Below are positions 25,242 to 34,772 of a stretch of 64,000 bases of DNA, piece after piece. The stretch covers positions 198,604 through 262,603 of IMG/VR virus record IMGVR_UViG_3300032321_002024; one strand, 5' to 3'. Numbering within the stretch: position 1 is the first letter of the stretch; every line of letters begins with the position of its first letter. The position numbers and the translations under genes were made by a program. This DNA comes from a virus (taxonomy: Duplodnaviria > Caudoviricetes). A model generated the notes under the pieces. That model saw nothing but the letters and a program-made list of their open reading frames with translations, was not told where the DNA came from and searched no databases.

Positions 25242-27371
25242 ATGATGAATAAAAAAACAAACAAATTAGAGGGTAAAGACTATGTGAGTCCAGACATCAA
25301 AATGGCATTGGAAGATGATGATGATGATGATAAGTTTGGATCTTCTTCTAAAAAGAGCGAGGGTAAATCAAGAACTCCTGTTTTAGATACTTACAGTCGT
25401 GATTTAACTAAAATGGCTGAAGATGGAAGACTTGACCCAATCGTAGGTAGAGAAAAAGAAATTGAAAGAGTTTCTCAAATTCTTTCCAGAAGAAAAAAGA
25501 ATAATCCAATTCTTATTGGAGAACCTGGAGTTGGTAAGTCTTCAATCGCTGAAGGTTTGGCACTTCGTATTGTTCAAAGAAAAGTATCTCGTTTACTTTT
25601 CAATAAGCGAGTTGTAATGCTTGACTTGGCTTCAATGGTCGCTGGAACTAAATACCGTGGTCAGTTTGAAGAAAGAATTAAAGCACTTATGGCTGAAATG
25701 GAAAAAGAGCCAGATGTGATTCTTTTCATTGATGAAATTCACACTATTATTGGTGCTGGTGGTGCTTCTGGTTCACTTGATGCTTCTAATATGTTGAAAC
25801 CAGCACTTGCAAGAGGTGAAATTCAAATCATCGGAGCAACTACATTAGACGAATATCGTAAACACATCGAAAAGGATGGAGCTTTAGAAAGACGTTTTCA
25901 GAAAGTTCAAGTTGAACCAGCTACAGGTGAAGAAACTGTTCAGATTCTACATAACATTAAAGATAGATACGAACAACATCATAATGTTACCTATACTGAA
26001 AATGCTATCAAAGCTTGTGTTGATTTAACAGAAAGATATCTTAATGATAGATTTCTACCAGACAAAGCTATTGATGCACTTGATGAAGTAGGAGCACGTG
26101 TTCATATTTCCAATATCAATGTTCCAAAAGAAATTACCGATATTGAAAAGAAACTCGTCGAGATTAAAGATAAAAAGAACGATGTTATTCGTTCACAAAA
26201 ATATGAAGAGGCTGCTAAGTTAAGAGATGTAGAACGTCAATTAAACACAGATTTAGAAACAGCTAGAAAATCTTGGGAAGACGATCAGAAAAACAATCGT
26301 CAAACTGTTGATGAAGATGCAGTAGCCGAGGTTGTAGCAATGATGTCGGGAGTTCCTGTAACTAAAGTTTCTCAAAATGAAAATGAAAAATTGTCTAAAA
26401 TGTCAACTGCGATTGCTGGTAAAGTAATCGGACAAGATGAGGCTGTAAAGAAAATTGTTAAAGCCATTCAAAGAGGTCGTGTTGGACTTAAAGATCCAAA
26501 TAAACCTATTGGTTCATTTATGTTCTTAGGGCCAACTGGTGTTGGTAAAACACAGTTGGCTAAAGTTTTAGCTAAATATCTTTTTGATTCAGAAGATGCT
26601 CTTGTTAGAATTGATATGTCTGAATATATGGAGAAATTCGCAGTATCTCGTTTAGTAGGAGCTCCTCCGGGATATGTCGGACACGATGAAGGTGGTCAGT
26701 TGACTGAAAAAGTTAGAAGAAAGCCTTACTCGGTTATTCTATTAGATGAGATTGAAAAAGCACATCCTGAAGTTTTCAACTTACTACTACAAGTTTTAGA
26801 TGATGGTCAATTAACAGATTCATTGGGTCGTAAAGTTAATTTTAAAAATAGTATTATCATTATGACTTCTAACACAGGTTCACGTCAATTGAAAGATTTC
26901 GGAACAGGTGTTGGTTTCTCAACAAAAAACAAATTAGCAGCTGCTGAAGAAGAAACTAAAGCAGTGATTGAAAAAGAGTTAAAGAAGAAATTTGCTCCAG
27001 AATTCTTGAATCGTGTTGATGATGTGGTTATGTTTAACTCACTTTCTAAAAATGATATTAATGAAATTATTAAAATTGAATTAGAAAGACTAATTGAAAG
27101 AGTTGAGAAAATGGAATATAAACTTACTATTACTGATTCAGCAATTGAGTATATAGCTTCTGAAGGATTTGATCCTCAATATGGAGCACGTCCTTTGAAA
27201 AGAGCTATTCAGCGTCACGTTGAAGATGTTTTAACAGAAGATATTATTCAGTATAATCCTGAAAAAGGTTCAAATTTAGTTCTTGATTACAGCAGTGAAA
27301 CAGAAAAAATGGTTGTCACTATTGAATCTGAAAAAAAGAAAAAAACTCGTAAGAAGAAAAGTGAAGAGTAA
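25242..27371 (+). CDS. clpC: ClpC-type AAA+ unfoldase lacking the Clp N-terminal domain
   Basis: Two Walker A motifs (GEPGVGKS, GPTGVGKT), GTKYRGQFE pore loop, UVR-type YEEAAKLRD, VGF ClpP-docking loop. Confidence 0.9.
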   Translation: MMNKKTNKLEGKDYVSPDIKMALEDDDDDDKFGSSSKKSEGKSRTPVLDTYSRDLTKMAEDGRLDPIVGREKEIERVSQILSRRKKNNPILIGEPGVGKSSIAEGLALRIVQRKVSRLLFNKRVVMLDLASMVAGTKYRGQFEERIKALMAEMEKEPDVILFIDEIHTIIGAGGASGSLDASNMLKPALARGEIQIIGATTLDEYRKHIEKDGALERRFQKVQVEPATGEETVQILHNIKDRYEQHHNVTYTENAIKACVDLTERYLNDRFLPDKAIDALDEVGARVHISNINVPKEITDIEKKLVEIKDKKNDVIRSQKYEEAAKLRDVERQLNTDLETARKSWEDDQKNNRQTVDEDAVAEVVAMMSGVPVTKVSQNENEKLSKMSTAIAGKVIGQDEAVKKIVKAIQRGRVGLKDPNKPIGSFMFLGPTGVGKTQLAKVLAKYLFDSEDALVRIDMSEYMEKFAVSRLVGAPPGYVGHDEGGQLTEKVRRKPYSVILLDEIEKAHPEVFNLLLQVLDDGQLTDSLGRKVNFKNSIIIMTSNTGSRQLKDFGTGVGFSTKNKLAAAEEETKAVIEKELKKKFAPEFLNRVDDVVMFNSLSKNDINEIIKIELERLIERVEKMEYKLTITDSAIEYIASEGFDPQYGARPLKRAIQRHVEDVLTEDIIQYNPEKGSNLVLDYSSETEKMVVTIESEKKKKTRKKKSEE

Positions 27372-27405
27372 AAAAAAAGAGAGAGTAACTTCTCTCTTTT
27401 TTTTT
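27371..27405 (+). terminator. Intrinsic terminator
   Basis: AGAGAGAG/TTCTCTCT hairpin plus long T-tract. Confidence 0.7.
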
Positions 27406-27417
27406 ATATAATATTTT

Positions 27418-27551
27418 GTGGGAAACTGGAAGAGTAAAGAAAATATTGAACAGTTTATAAAGAATAGTTATGAACCATTAGCTAAAGATTTTTTAGATAA
27501 AGGACAATGAGATTAAGAGAACAAAAATTAAATCAATTATTAAATGGCTGA
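27418..27551 (+). pseudogene. Internally deleted paralog of 27544-27927, split into MGNWKSKENIEQFIKNSYEPLAKDFLDKGQ* and MRLREQKLNQLLNG*
   Basis: First part aligns with MADWKNTFNLKDFIKNSDEDLAKIFL; the C-terminal 37 bp are identical to those of the downstream gene. Confidence 0.6.
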
Positions 27552-27922
27552 CTGGAAAAATACTTTTAATTTAAAAGACTTTATAAAAAATAGCGATGAG
27601 GATTTGGCGAAGATTTTTTTAGAAGAATTTAACATTTTGATAGATGGTTATACACCATTTTCAAGATGTTCTGTTAAATATTTTGTTACTGGATATATAA
27701 ATATTATTGGAGAAATTATCTCACATTGTGAAATAATACAATTTAAAAATTACTCTGATTTAAAAGAAAAATTAGAAAAATTAGGTAAAAATAATTATAT
27801 TTTCTTACACTATATCAGACCATTTGAATTAAAAATGACAACTATTTCTGATGAATACAATATTATTGGGTGTGATAGAAGAGTTAGATTAAGAGAACAA
27901 AAATTAAATCAATTATTAAATG
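27510..27922 (+). repeat. 37-bp perfect direct repeat (27510-27546 and 27886-27922)
   Basis: AGATTAAGAGAACAAAAATTAAATCAATTATTAAATG occurs twice. Confidence 0.9.
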
Positions 27923-27927
27923 ATTAA
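27544..27927 (+). CDS. Hypothetical protein with C-terminal REQKLNQLL tag
   Basis: ORF. Confidence 0.7.
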   Translation: MADWKNTFNLKDFIKNSDEDLAKIFLEEFNILIDGYTPFSRCSVKYFVTGYINIIGEIISHCEIIQFKNYSDLKEKLEKLGKNNYIFLHYIRPFELKMTTISDEYNIIGCDRRVRLREQKLNQLLND

Positions 27928-28207
27928 TAAAATTTTTCAATTTGTAGAAGGACACTTAAAAATGTTTGGTGATAAATTCAATTTATTACCTGAACACCAA
28001 AAAGAACAGTTTCTTTTCCGTGTTAGTATATGTAAAAACGATTGTCTTAAGTCTCGTCAGTGTATTTACTGTGGGTGTTCTGTTCCTGGTAAACTTTATG
28101 TTAGTGAATCCTGTAATGGGGGAGAGAGGTTTCCAGATATGATGAATTCTGAAGAATGGGAAAAATATAAAAAAGATAAAAAGATAAAAATAGAAGTAGT
28201 TAAATGA
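27920..28207 (+). CDS. Small Cys-rich, probably Zn-binding protein
   Basis: CKNDC...CIYCGC...SC. Confidence 0.65.
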   Translation: MINKIFQFVEGHLKMFGDKFNLLPEHQKEQFLFRVSICKNDCLKSRQCIYCGCSVPGKLYVSESCNGGERFPDMMNSEEWEKYKKDKKIKIEVVK

Positions 28208-29124
28208 ATAAAGATTCAAAAATATTTGTAGCTGGTCACAATGGAATGGTTGGATCAGCAATAGTTAGAAGACTAAAAGACTTAGGTTATACTAAAATAA
28301 TAACAAAATCTAGACTAGAATTAGATTTAACAAATCAGTTTCAAGTAAATCAATTCTTTCATTTTGAGAGACCTGAATATGTATTTTTAGCAGCAGCCAA
28401 AGTTGGTGGTATTAAAGCAAATGATGATTTCAGAGCCGATTTCATTTATGAGAATATAATGATTCAGTCAAATATTATAAAAGCATCTCATGATAATGGG
28501 GTAAAGAAACTTCTTTTTTTAGGTTCAACTTGTATCTATCCAAAACATTGTACACAACCAATAAAAGAAGAGTATTTACTAACTGGTCTTTTAGAACCAA
28601 CTAATGATGCTTATGCTATTGCTAAAATTTCTGGAGTCAAAATGTGTCAATCATTTAATAAACAATATGGTGATAACTTTATTTCAGTTATGCCTACAAA
28701 TCTTTATGGTCCAAATGATAATTATGATTTAAATAACTCACACGTTCTACCAGCAATGATTAGAAAATTTCACGAAGCAAAAGTTGAAGAGAAAGATATT
28801 GTTGAAATCTGGGGAACCGGAACTCCTATGAGAGAGTTTCTTTACGTTGATGATTTAGCAGATGCCTGTGTTTACCTTATGAATAATTATAATTCATCTG
28901 AAATAGTGAATATTGGAACCGGTGAAGATTTAACAATTAAAGACTTAGCCCATTTAGTAAAAGAAGTAGTTGGTTTTAATGGTGATATCTATTTCAACAC
29001 TGATAAACCAGATGGAACTCCAAAAAAACTTTCTGATGTTTCTAGATTAAAAGAAATTGGGTGGACTTATAAAACATCCCTTAAAGAGGGAATACAAAAA
29101 ACTTATACAGATTATGTCAAATAA
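28204..29124 (+). CDS. fcl: GDP-L-fucose synthase
   Basis: AGHNGMVGSA, LAAAKVGGI, LGSTCIYPK, YAIAK, PTNLYGP. Confidence 0.95.
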   Translation: MNKDSKIFVAGHNGMVGSAIVRRLKDLGYTKIITKSRLELDLTNQFQVNQFFHFERPEYVFLAAAKVGGIKANDDFRADFIYENIMIQSNIIKASHDNGVKKLLFLGSTCIYPKHCTQPIKEEYLLTGLLEPTNDAYAIAKISGVKMCQSFNKQYGDNFISVMPTNLYGPNDNYDLNNSHVLPAMIRKFHEAKVEEKDIVEIWGTGTPMREFLYVDDLADACVYLMNNYNSSEIVNIGTGEDLTIKDLAHLVKEVVGFNGDIYFNTDKPDGTPKKLSDVSRLKEIGWTYKTSLKEGIQKTYTDYVK

Positions 29125-30160
29125 AATTGCACTAATTACAGGTATTACCGGTATGGATGGTTCACATCTTGCTGAATTATTACTTGAAAAAGATTATGAA
29201 GTTCACGGTATTATTAGAAGAGCTTCTACTTTTAACACAGATAGAATCGACCATATTTTTGATAGATTAAAACTTCATTATGGTGATTTAACAGACCCAC
29301 TAGTAATTTCAAATTTGGTCTCAATAATACAACCTGATGAAATATATAATTTAGCTGCTCAATCTCATGTTAAAGTGAGTTTTGAAATCCCTTATTATAC
29401 CGCTCAATGTGATGGATTAGGAACACTTGCTATTTTAGAAGCCGTTAAAAATCATTGTCCTAAAGCAAAAGTTTATCAAGCATCAACTTCTGAATTATAC
29501 GGTGGTATGGGTTATAATATGCCATTAACTGGATACACAGAAGAATCTGTTATGCATCCAAGAAGTCCTTATGGATGTGCTAAGATGTATGCTCTTTGGA
29601 TATCAAAAAACTATAGAGAATCTTATGGTCTTTATGTATGTAATGGAATACTTTTCAATCATGAAGGAGAACGTAGAGGTGAAACTTTTGTGACCAGAAA
29701 AATCACTTTAGCTCTTAGTTCTATAAAAAATTCATTTGATAATGGAATTTTGGATATTCGGAAACTAAGATTAGGTAATCTCTATTCAAAAAGAGATTGG
29801 GGATATGCTAAAGATTTTGTATATGGAATGTGGTTAATGATGCAACAGGAAACTCCTGATGATTATGTACTTGCTACTGGTGAAACTCATAATATAAAAG
29901 AATTTGTTGAATTAGCTTGTAAGGAATGTGGTTGGAATATTAATTGGGTTGGTGAAGGAGCAGATGAAAAAGGTGTTTTAGATAATGGAGTCACAATTAT
30001 TGAAATCGATGAAAAATATTATAGACCAGCTGAAGTAAATATTTTACTCGGTGACTATTCTAAAGCTAAAGATGTTTTAGGTTGGGAGCCAAAAGTTAAA
30101 TTCGAAGAACTTGTAAAAATAATGATGAAAAGCGACTTAAAAAAAATAAATATAGTATGA
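29114..30160 (+). CDS. gmd: GDP-mannose 4,6-dehydratase (likely start 29114; ORF track 29057)
   Basis: ALITGITGMDGSHLAELLL, NLAAQSHV, QASTSELYG, FNHE, TFVTRKIT. Confidence 0.95.
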   Translation: MSNKIALITGITGMDGSHLAELLLEKDYEVHGIIRRASTFNTDRIDHIFDRLKLHYGDLTDPLVISNLVSIIQPDEIYNLAAQSHVKVSFEIPYYTAQCDGLGTLAILEAVKNHCPKAKVYQASTSELYGGMGYNMPLTGYTEESVMHPRSPYGCAKMYALWISKNYRESYGLYVCNGILFNHEGERRGETFVTRKITLALSSIKNSFDNGILDIRKLRLGNLYSKRDWGYAKDFVYGMWLMMQQETPDDYVLATGETHNIKEFVELACKECGWNINWVGEGADEKGVLDNGVTIIEIDEKYYRPAEVNILLGDYSKAKDVLGWEPKVKFEELVKIMMKSDLKKINIV

Positions 30161-30858
30161 TACACATTTTATGGTGCACATTAAGACCTACTCAATTTAA
30201 AGAAATGCACTCTGAGTGGATTAAAAGATCTGATAACCCAGAAAATATTCAAACCTATGTTGCTGTTAATTGGCAACAACATTCTGATGAGTTAAAAGAA
30301 TATCTTTCTAAAAATTATTTAATTACTTTAAATACAAATAAAATTGGAGTTTGTTACCCATCACATCAATTATCTTCTAATTTAGGAATTAAGATGGGGC
30401 AATGTAAAGATGATGATATCGTTGTTTTTGCTTCTGATGACTTTATGGCACCTCAAGGATGGGACACTTATCTTATAAATAAATTTGAAGGTAAAGGAGA
30501 TGTTGGATTGATGGTTAGAGATGGTTATCAATTACCCGATTCGACTAATATGTTACACCCTGCAATCACAATTCCTATAATGACTTACGGTTGTTTAAAG
30601 AAATTAAATATGACAATTTATCATCCCGCTTACAATCATATGTTTTCAGATTGTGAACTTTATATGAATCTTAAAGATTTGGATTTATTATATGATGATA
30701 GAATAAACGATGAAACAACTTTTGAACACTTACATTACGCAGCAGGTAAAAGACAGGCTGATGGAGCTGATCAAGCTTATAATGCTAAATGGGGAGAAGA
30801 TGATATTACTTGGAATAAAAGAAAACTTATGGAAGTTGAAAAAAGAATTTTAGTATAA
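30157..30858 (+). CDS. GT-A fold glycosyltransferase (GT2-like)
   Basis: ASDDF (DxD-like), HMFSDCEL, FEHLH; cluster context. Confidence 0.65.
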   Translation: MIHILWCTLRPTQFKEMHSEWIKRSDNPENIQTYVAVNWQQHSDELKEYLSKNYLITLNTNKIGVCYPSHQLSSNLGIKMGQCKDDDIVVFASDDFMAPQGWDTYLINKFEGKGDVGLMVRDGYQLPDSTNMLHPAITIPIMTYGCLKKLNMTIYHPAYNHMFSDCELYMNLKDLDLLYDDRINDETTFEHLHYAAGKRQADGADQAYNAKWGEDDITWNKRKLMEVEKRILV

Positions 30859-31688
30859 TGGAAAAGAAAAAAATTAAAATAAATTTCTCAGATTTTTGGG
30901 GAGGATTTAATAGAACAGATAATTATTTTTATAATCTGTTAAAAGAAAAATTTGATGTTGAGATTTCTAATAGTCCAGACTATCTTTTCTTTTCTTTATT
31001 TGGAAATCAACATCAAGAATTAAATTGTAAAAAAATATTTTACACTGGAGAAAACATAGCTCCACCTTTAGATTATTGTGATTGGTCTTTCTCATTTGAT
31101 TATTTGGATGATCCGAGAAATTATCGACTTCCTCATTATTTACTTTATCCAGGATACTATGACTTACAGAATCCTAAACAAATTGATAAAAGTTTAGCCA
31201 AAAGAAAATTCTGTAACTTTATAGTTTCAAATGGTAATTGTGCTGAAAGAAACAGTTTCTTTACTAAGTTGTCAAAGTATAAAAAAGTTGACTCTGGTGG
31301 TGCCTTTATGAATAATATCGGAGGACCTGTTCAGAATAAAAGACAGTTTCAATCTGAGTATAAATTCTCAATATCTTTTGAGAATAATGCTTATAGACCG
31401 CAACACTCTGGTTATACCACTGAAAAGATTATGGAACCAATGACTGTAAATTCAATGCCAATTTATTGGGGAAATCCAGATATTGGATTAGAATTTAATA
31501 CAAAATCATTTATTAACTATTATGACTTTAAAAGTGAAGATGACTTAATTGGTTATATTATTGAACTAGACAAAAACGATGATAAATATTTAGAGAAGTT
31601 AAACCAACCATGGTTTACAGACTATAATATACCAGAAAATAATAAGATTGAGAATATAAAATCTTTCTTATATAAAATATTTGAATAA
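30858..31688 (+). CDS. Alpha-1,3-fucosyltransferase (GT10)
   Basis: KFCNFIVSN, YKFSISFEN, YTTEKI, PIYWG. Confidence 0.9.
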   Translation: MEKKKIKINFSDFWGGFNRTDNYFYNLLKEKFDVEISNSPDYLFFSLFGNQHQELNCKKIFYTGENIAPPLDYCDWSFSFDYLDDPRNYRLPHYLLYPGYYDLQNPKQIDKSLAKRKFCNFIVSNGNCAERNSFFTKLSKYKKVDSGGAFMNNIGGPVQNKRQFQSEYKFSISFENNAYRPQHSGYTTEKIMEPMTVNSMPIYWGNPDIGLEFNTKSFINYYDFKSEDDLIGYIIELDKNDDKYLEKLNQPWFTDYNIPENNKIENIKSFLYKIFE

Positions 31689-32364
31689 ATTAATGAATAA
31701 TAGTAAATCACAAATACAACAAGATTTAATTATTGACCAGCAAATATTTAAAGGGAAATCAAATGGTGTTTTTGTAGAAGTTGGAGCTTTAGATGGTTTT
31801 GGAGCTTCTAATACTTGGTTTTTTGAAATGGAAAGAAATTGGTCGGGTTTATTAATTGAACCAAATCCAGTAGAATTTAATAAAAGAAATCAACATCCAA
31901 GACCTAACTCTATTTTTGAAAACTGTGCAATTTCTGATGTCGAGATGGATATCAACTTTCTATCAATAGAAGGTCCTTGTAATGTTCTTAGTGGTATTAT
32001 GGAATTCTATAATACTCAACATTTAGAAAGAATTAACAGAGAGTTGGAAATGTATAGTAATCATCCTGAGGGTCACGAGCTATATTCGAGAAAAGAACAA
32101 ATTCCTATGAAAGCGGTAAGACTTGAATCTCTTTTTAATAAACACAACATTACAAAAATCGATTTTATTTCAATAGACGTAGAAGGTGCTGAATTACAAG
32201 TCTTAAATTCTATTAATTTTGATAAAGTAGATATAGGTGTATTTATGATAGAAAATAACTATGGTTTAGAAAAAGAAACCGAGTTTTTATCAAGTAAAGG
32301 TTATAAATTACTTGGTAACATTCAATGGGATTCTGTTTTTATAAAAAATGACTTTCAAATATAA
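31681..32364 (+). CDS. FkbM-family methyltransferase
   Basis: FVEVGALDG..SNT, WSGLLIEPNP, IDFISIDVEGAE. Confidence 0.9.
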   Translation: MNKLMNNSKSQIQQDLIIDQQIFKGKSNGVFVEVGALDGFGASNTWFFEMERNWSGLLIEPNPVEFNKRNQHPRPNSIFENCAISDVEMDINFLSIEGPCNVLSGIMEFYNTQHLERINRELEMYSNHPEGHELYSRKEQIPMKAVRLESLFNKHNITKIDFISIDVEGAELQVLNSINFDKVDIGVFMIENNYGLEKETEFLSSKGYKLLGNIQWDSVFIKNDFQI

Positions 32365-33041
32365 TGAAAAATGTTATTGCTTACTCACTTTGGGGTGATC
32401 ATCCCATGTATTGGAAGGGAGCTCTCAAAAATATTGAACAAGCTAAGTATTATTTTCCAGGATGGATTTGTAGATTTTATATTGATGAAAACTGTAATAA
32501 AAAATTAATAGAATCAATTAAAGGAGATAATGTTGAAGTTATTTTAGTTAATTCAAAAGACTCTTTTCATGGAATGTTTTGGAGATTCTGGGCAGCGGAA
32601 GATATCGATGTTGATATTTTTCTTTCTAGAGATTGTGATTCAAGATTTTCTGATAGAGAATTTTCTGCTATTAATGAGTGGTTAAATTCAGATAAAGATT
32701 TCCATATAATGAGAGACCATCCTTATCATACGGTTCCTATTTTAGGTGGAATGTGGGGATCTAGAAATGGTCTAATGAGAAGGATAGGATTACTTAATAT
32801 GATTAGTAATTGGTCTAAATTTTCGATAAAAGGATGTGATCAAGATTTTTTAGGACAGTTTGTTTATCCATTGATAATTAATAATTGTGTGGAACACTCT
32901 GAATTTAATTTAAGATTTGGAGGAGAAATTAGGCCTTTTCCTACTATAAGAAATAACTACGAATTTGTTGGTGATGTCTTTGATGAAGATGATATTAGAC
33001 ACCCAGATTATTGGATATTAATAAAAAATGTAATAGGATAA
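32364..33041 (+). CDS. Putative glycosyltransferase-like protein
   Basis: AYSLWG, MFWRF, SRDCDSR, FHIMRDHPYH, ILGGMWG, DQDFL. Confidence 0.65.
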   Translation: MKNVIAYSLWGDHPMYWKGALKNIEQAKYYFPGWICRFYIDENCNKKLIESIKGDNVEVILVNSKDSFHGMFWRFWAAEDIDVDIFLSRDCDSRFSDREFSAINEWLNSDKDFHIMRDHPYHTVPILGGMWGSRNGLMRRIGLLNMISNWSKFSIKGCDQDFLGQFVYPLIINNCVEHSEFNLRFGGEIRPFPTIRNNYEFVGDVFDEDDIRHPDYWILIKNVIG

Positions 33042-33721
33042 TGAAATATATTTATCATCATTTAGGTCTTGGTGACCACATTATTTGTAATGGACTTGTT
33101 AGAAAGTTTTCATCTGACTATAATAATATTTCTTTGTTTTGTAAACCACATAATAAAGAAAGTGTTGAATTCATGTATAGAGACTTGGATAATATAAATA
33201 TTATATCCTTACCTAGTGATTTAGATGTTATAAACTATTTACAAAATAATAATATATCAGATATTATAACGGTTGGATTTAATGATATGTATTATACCAA
33301 CTCTGTTAGTTTTGATGTTTCATTTTATAATCAATTTGGAATAGACTTTGAATCTAGATGGTCCAACTTTAGAGTTGATAGAGATGATAAAAGAGAGTCT
33401 ATTATATTTAACTATTTTAATTTAGATAACGACAGTAAATATATTTTTATACATGATGATAATAGATTTCAGGTCGATATGAATAGAATAAGTTTAGAAG
33501 GATTAAAAATAATAAGACCAATTAGAGAATTAACTGATAATATATTTGACTACTTGAAAGTAATAGAAAATGCTAAAGAAGTTCATACTATTGAAAGTTC
33601 TTTTCTATTTATAATAGACTCATTAGATTTAAACAAAGAAGTATATGCTCATAGATACTCTAGAAGATTAGGGTATATGGAAACTCCTGTATATAAAAAT
33701 GTAAAAAAAATAATTAATTAA
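33041..33721 (+). CDS. Putative GT-B glycosyltransferase (GT9-like; ORF track starts at 33011)
   Basis: HHLGLGDHIICNG; IENAKEVHTIESSF. Confidence 0.6.
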   Translation: MKYIYHHLGLGDHIICNGLVRKFSSDYNNISLFCKPHNKESVEFMYRDLDNINIISLPSDLDVINYLQNNNISDIITVGFNDMYYTNSVSFDVSFYNQFGIDFESRWSNFRVDRDDKRESIIFNYFNLDNDSKYIFIHDDNRFQVDMNRISLEGLKIIRPIRELTDNIFDYLKVIENAKEVHTIESSFLFIIDSLDLNKEVYAHRYSRRLGYMETPVYKNVKKIIN

Positions 33722-33722
33722 T

Positions 33723-34760
33723 ATGAAATTTAAAGCCGCTATTTTAACGGAAATTAACAAACCATTATCTGTAGATATAGTTGAGACAACAGAACTACAA
33801 ATAGGTCAAGTACTGGTAAAAATATTAGTAAGTGGTCTTTGTGGAGCTCAATTACAAGAAATTGCCGGTCAAAAAGGAAATGCTGGATTTGTTCCTCATC
33901 TTATGGGACACGAAGGTTGTGGAATTGTTGAAGAAATTGGCCCAGGAGTTACAACTGTTAAAGTAGGAGATAAAGTTGTTATGCATTGGAGAAAAGGTGA
34001 TGGAATCGAATCAAACTTTCCTAGTTACATTTACAATGATAAAAAGATGTCTAGTGGTAAAGTAACAACAATTAGTGAATACTCTGTTGTTTCTGAAAAT
34101 AGATTAACAACAGTTCCTGATGATACACCTGAAGAACTTTGCGCCTTATTAGGATGTGCTATGACAACAGCAATAGGAACAATAACAAATGAAGCTCAAG
34201 TTAAATTTGGAGAAAGTGTTTTAGTAGTTGGTTGTGGTGGATTGGGATTACATCTTATAGAAGCCGCTAAATTGTCAAATGCTTATCCTATTATTGGAGT
34301 TGATATTAATGATGATAAAGAAGAATTATCAAAAGAGATTGGTGCTAATTCTTATTTTAATATTAATAAATTAGATATAAATGATGTTATAAAAGATGGT
34401 AGTATAGATGTGATTATAGATACAACTGGTGTTGTGTCAGCACTTGAGTCTGTGATTCCTAAATTATCGGGTAATGGTAGATTGATTTTAGTTGGTCAAT
34501 CAAAACCAGGTAGTAATGTTACTATTCCAAACGCTAATAAATTATTTTCGGGTAACGGTCAAACTATTAAAGCCACTCAAGGTGGAAAAACAAATCCATC
34601 AGAAGATATACCTAGATATATAAAATTAAATAAAATGGGATTATTAAATTTTGACAAATTAGTAACACACCATTTTAATTTAGATGAAATTAATGAAGCA
34701 TTTGATTTATTAAAAACTGGAAATGCCGGTCGAATAATGATAAATATAAATAAAAAATAA
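33723..34760 (+). CDS. Zinc-binding alcohol dehydrogenase (MDR family)
   Basis: GLCG, GHEGCGIV, VVGCGGLG. Confidence 0.9.
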   Translation: MKFKAAILTEINKPLSVDIVETTELQIGQVLVKILVSGLCGAQLQEIAGQKGNAGFVPHLMGHEGCGIVEEIGPGVTTVKVGDKVVMHWRKGDGIESNFPSYIYNDKKMSSGKVTTISEYSVVSENRLTTVPDDTPEELCALLGCAMTTAIGTITNEAQVKFGESVLVVGCGGLGLHLIEAAKLSNAYPIIGVDINDDKEELSKEIGANSYFNINKLDINDVIKDGSIDVIIDTTGVVSALESVIPKLSGNGRLILVGQSKPGSNVTIPNANKLFSGNGQTIKATQGGKTNPSEDIPRYIKLNKMGLLNFDKLVTHHFNLDEINEAFDLLKTGNAGRIMININKK

Positions 34761-34772
34761 AAAACAATTGAA

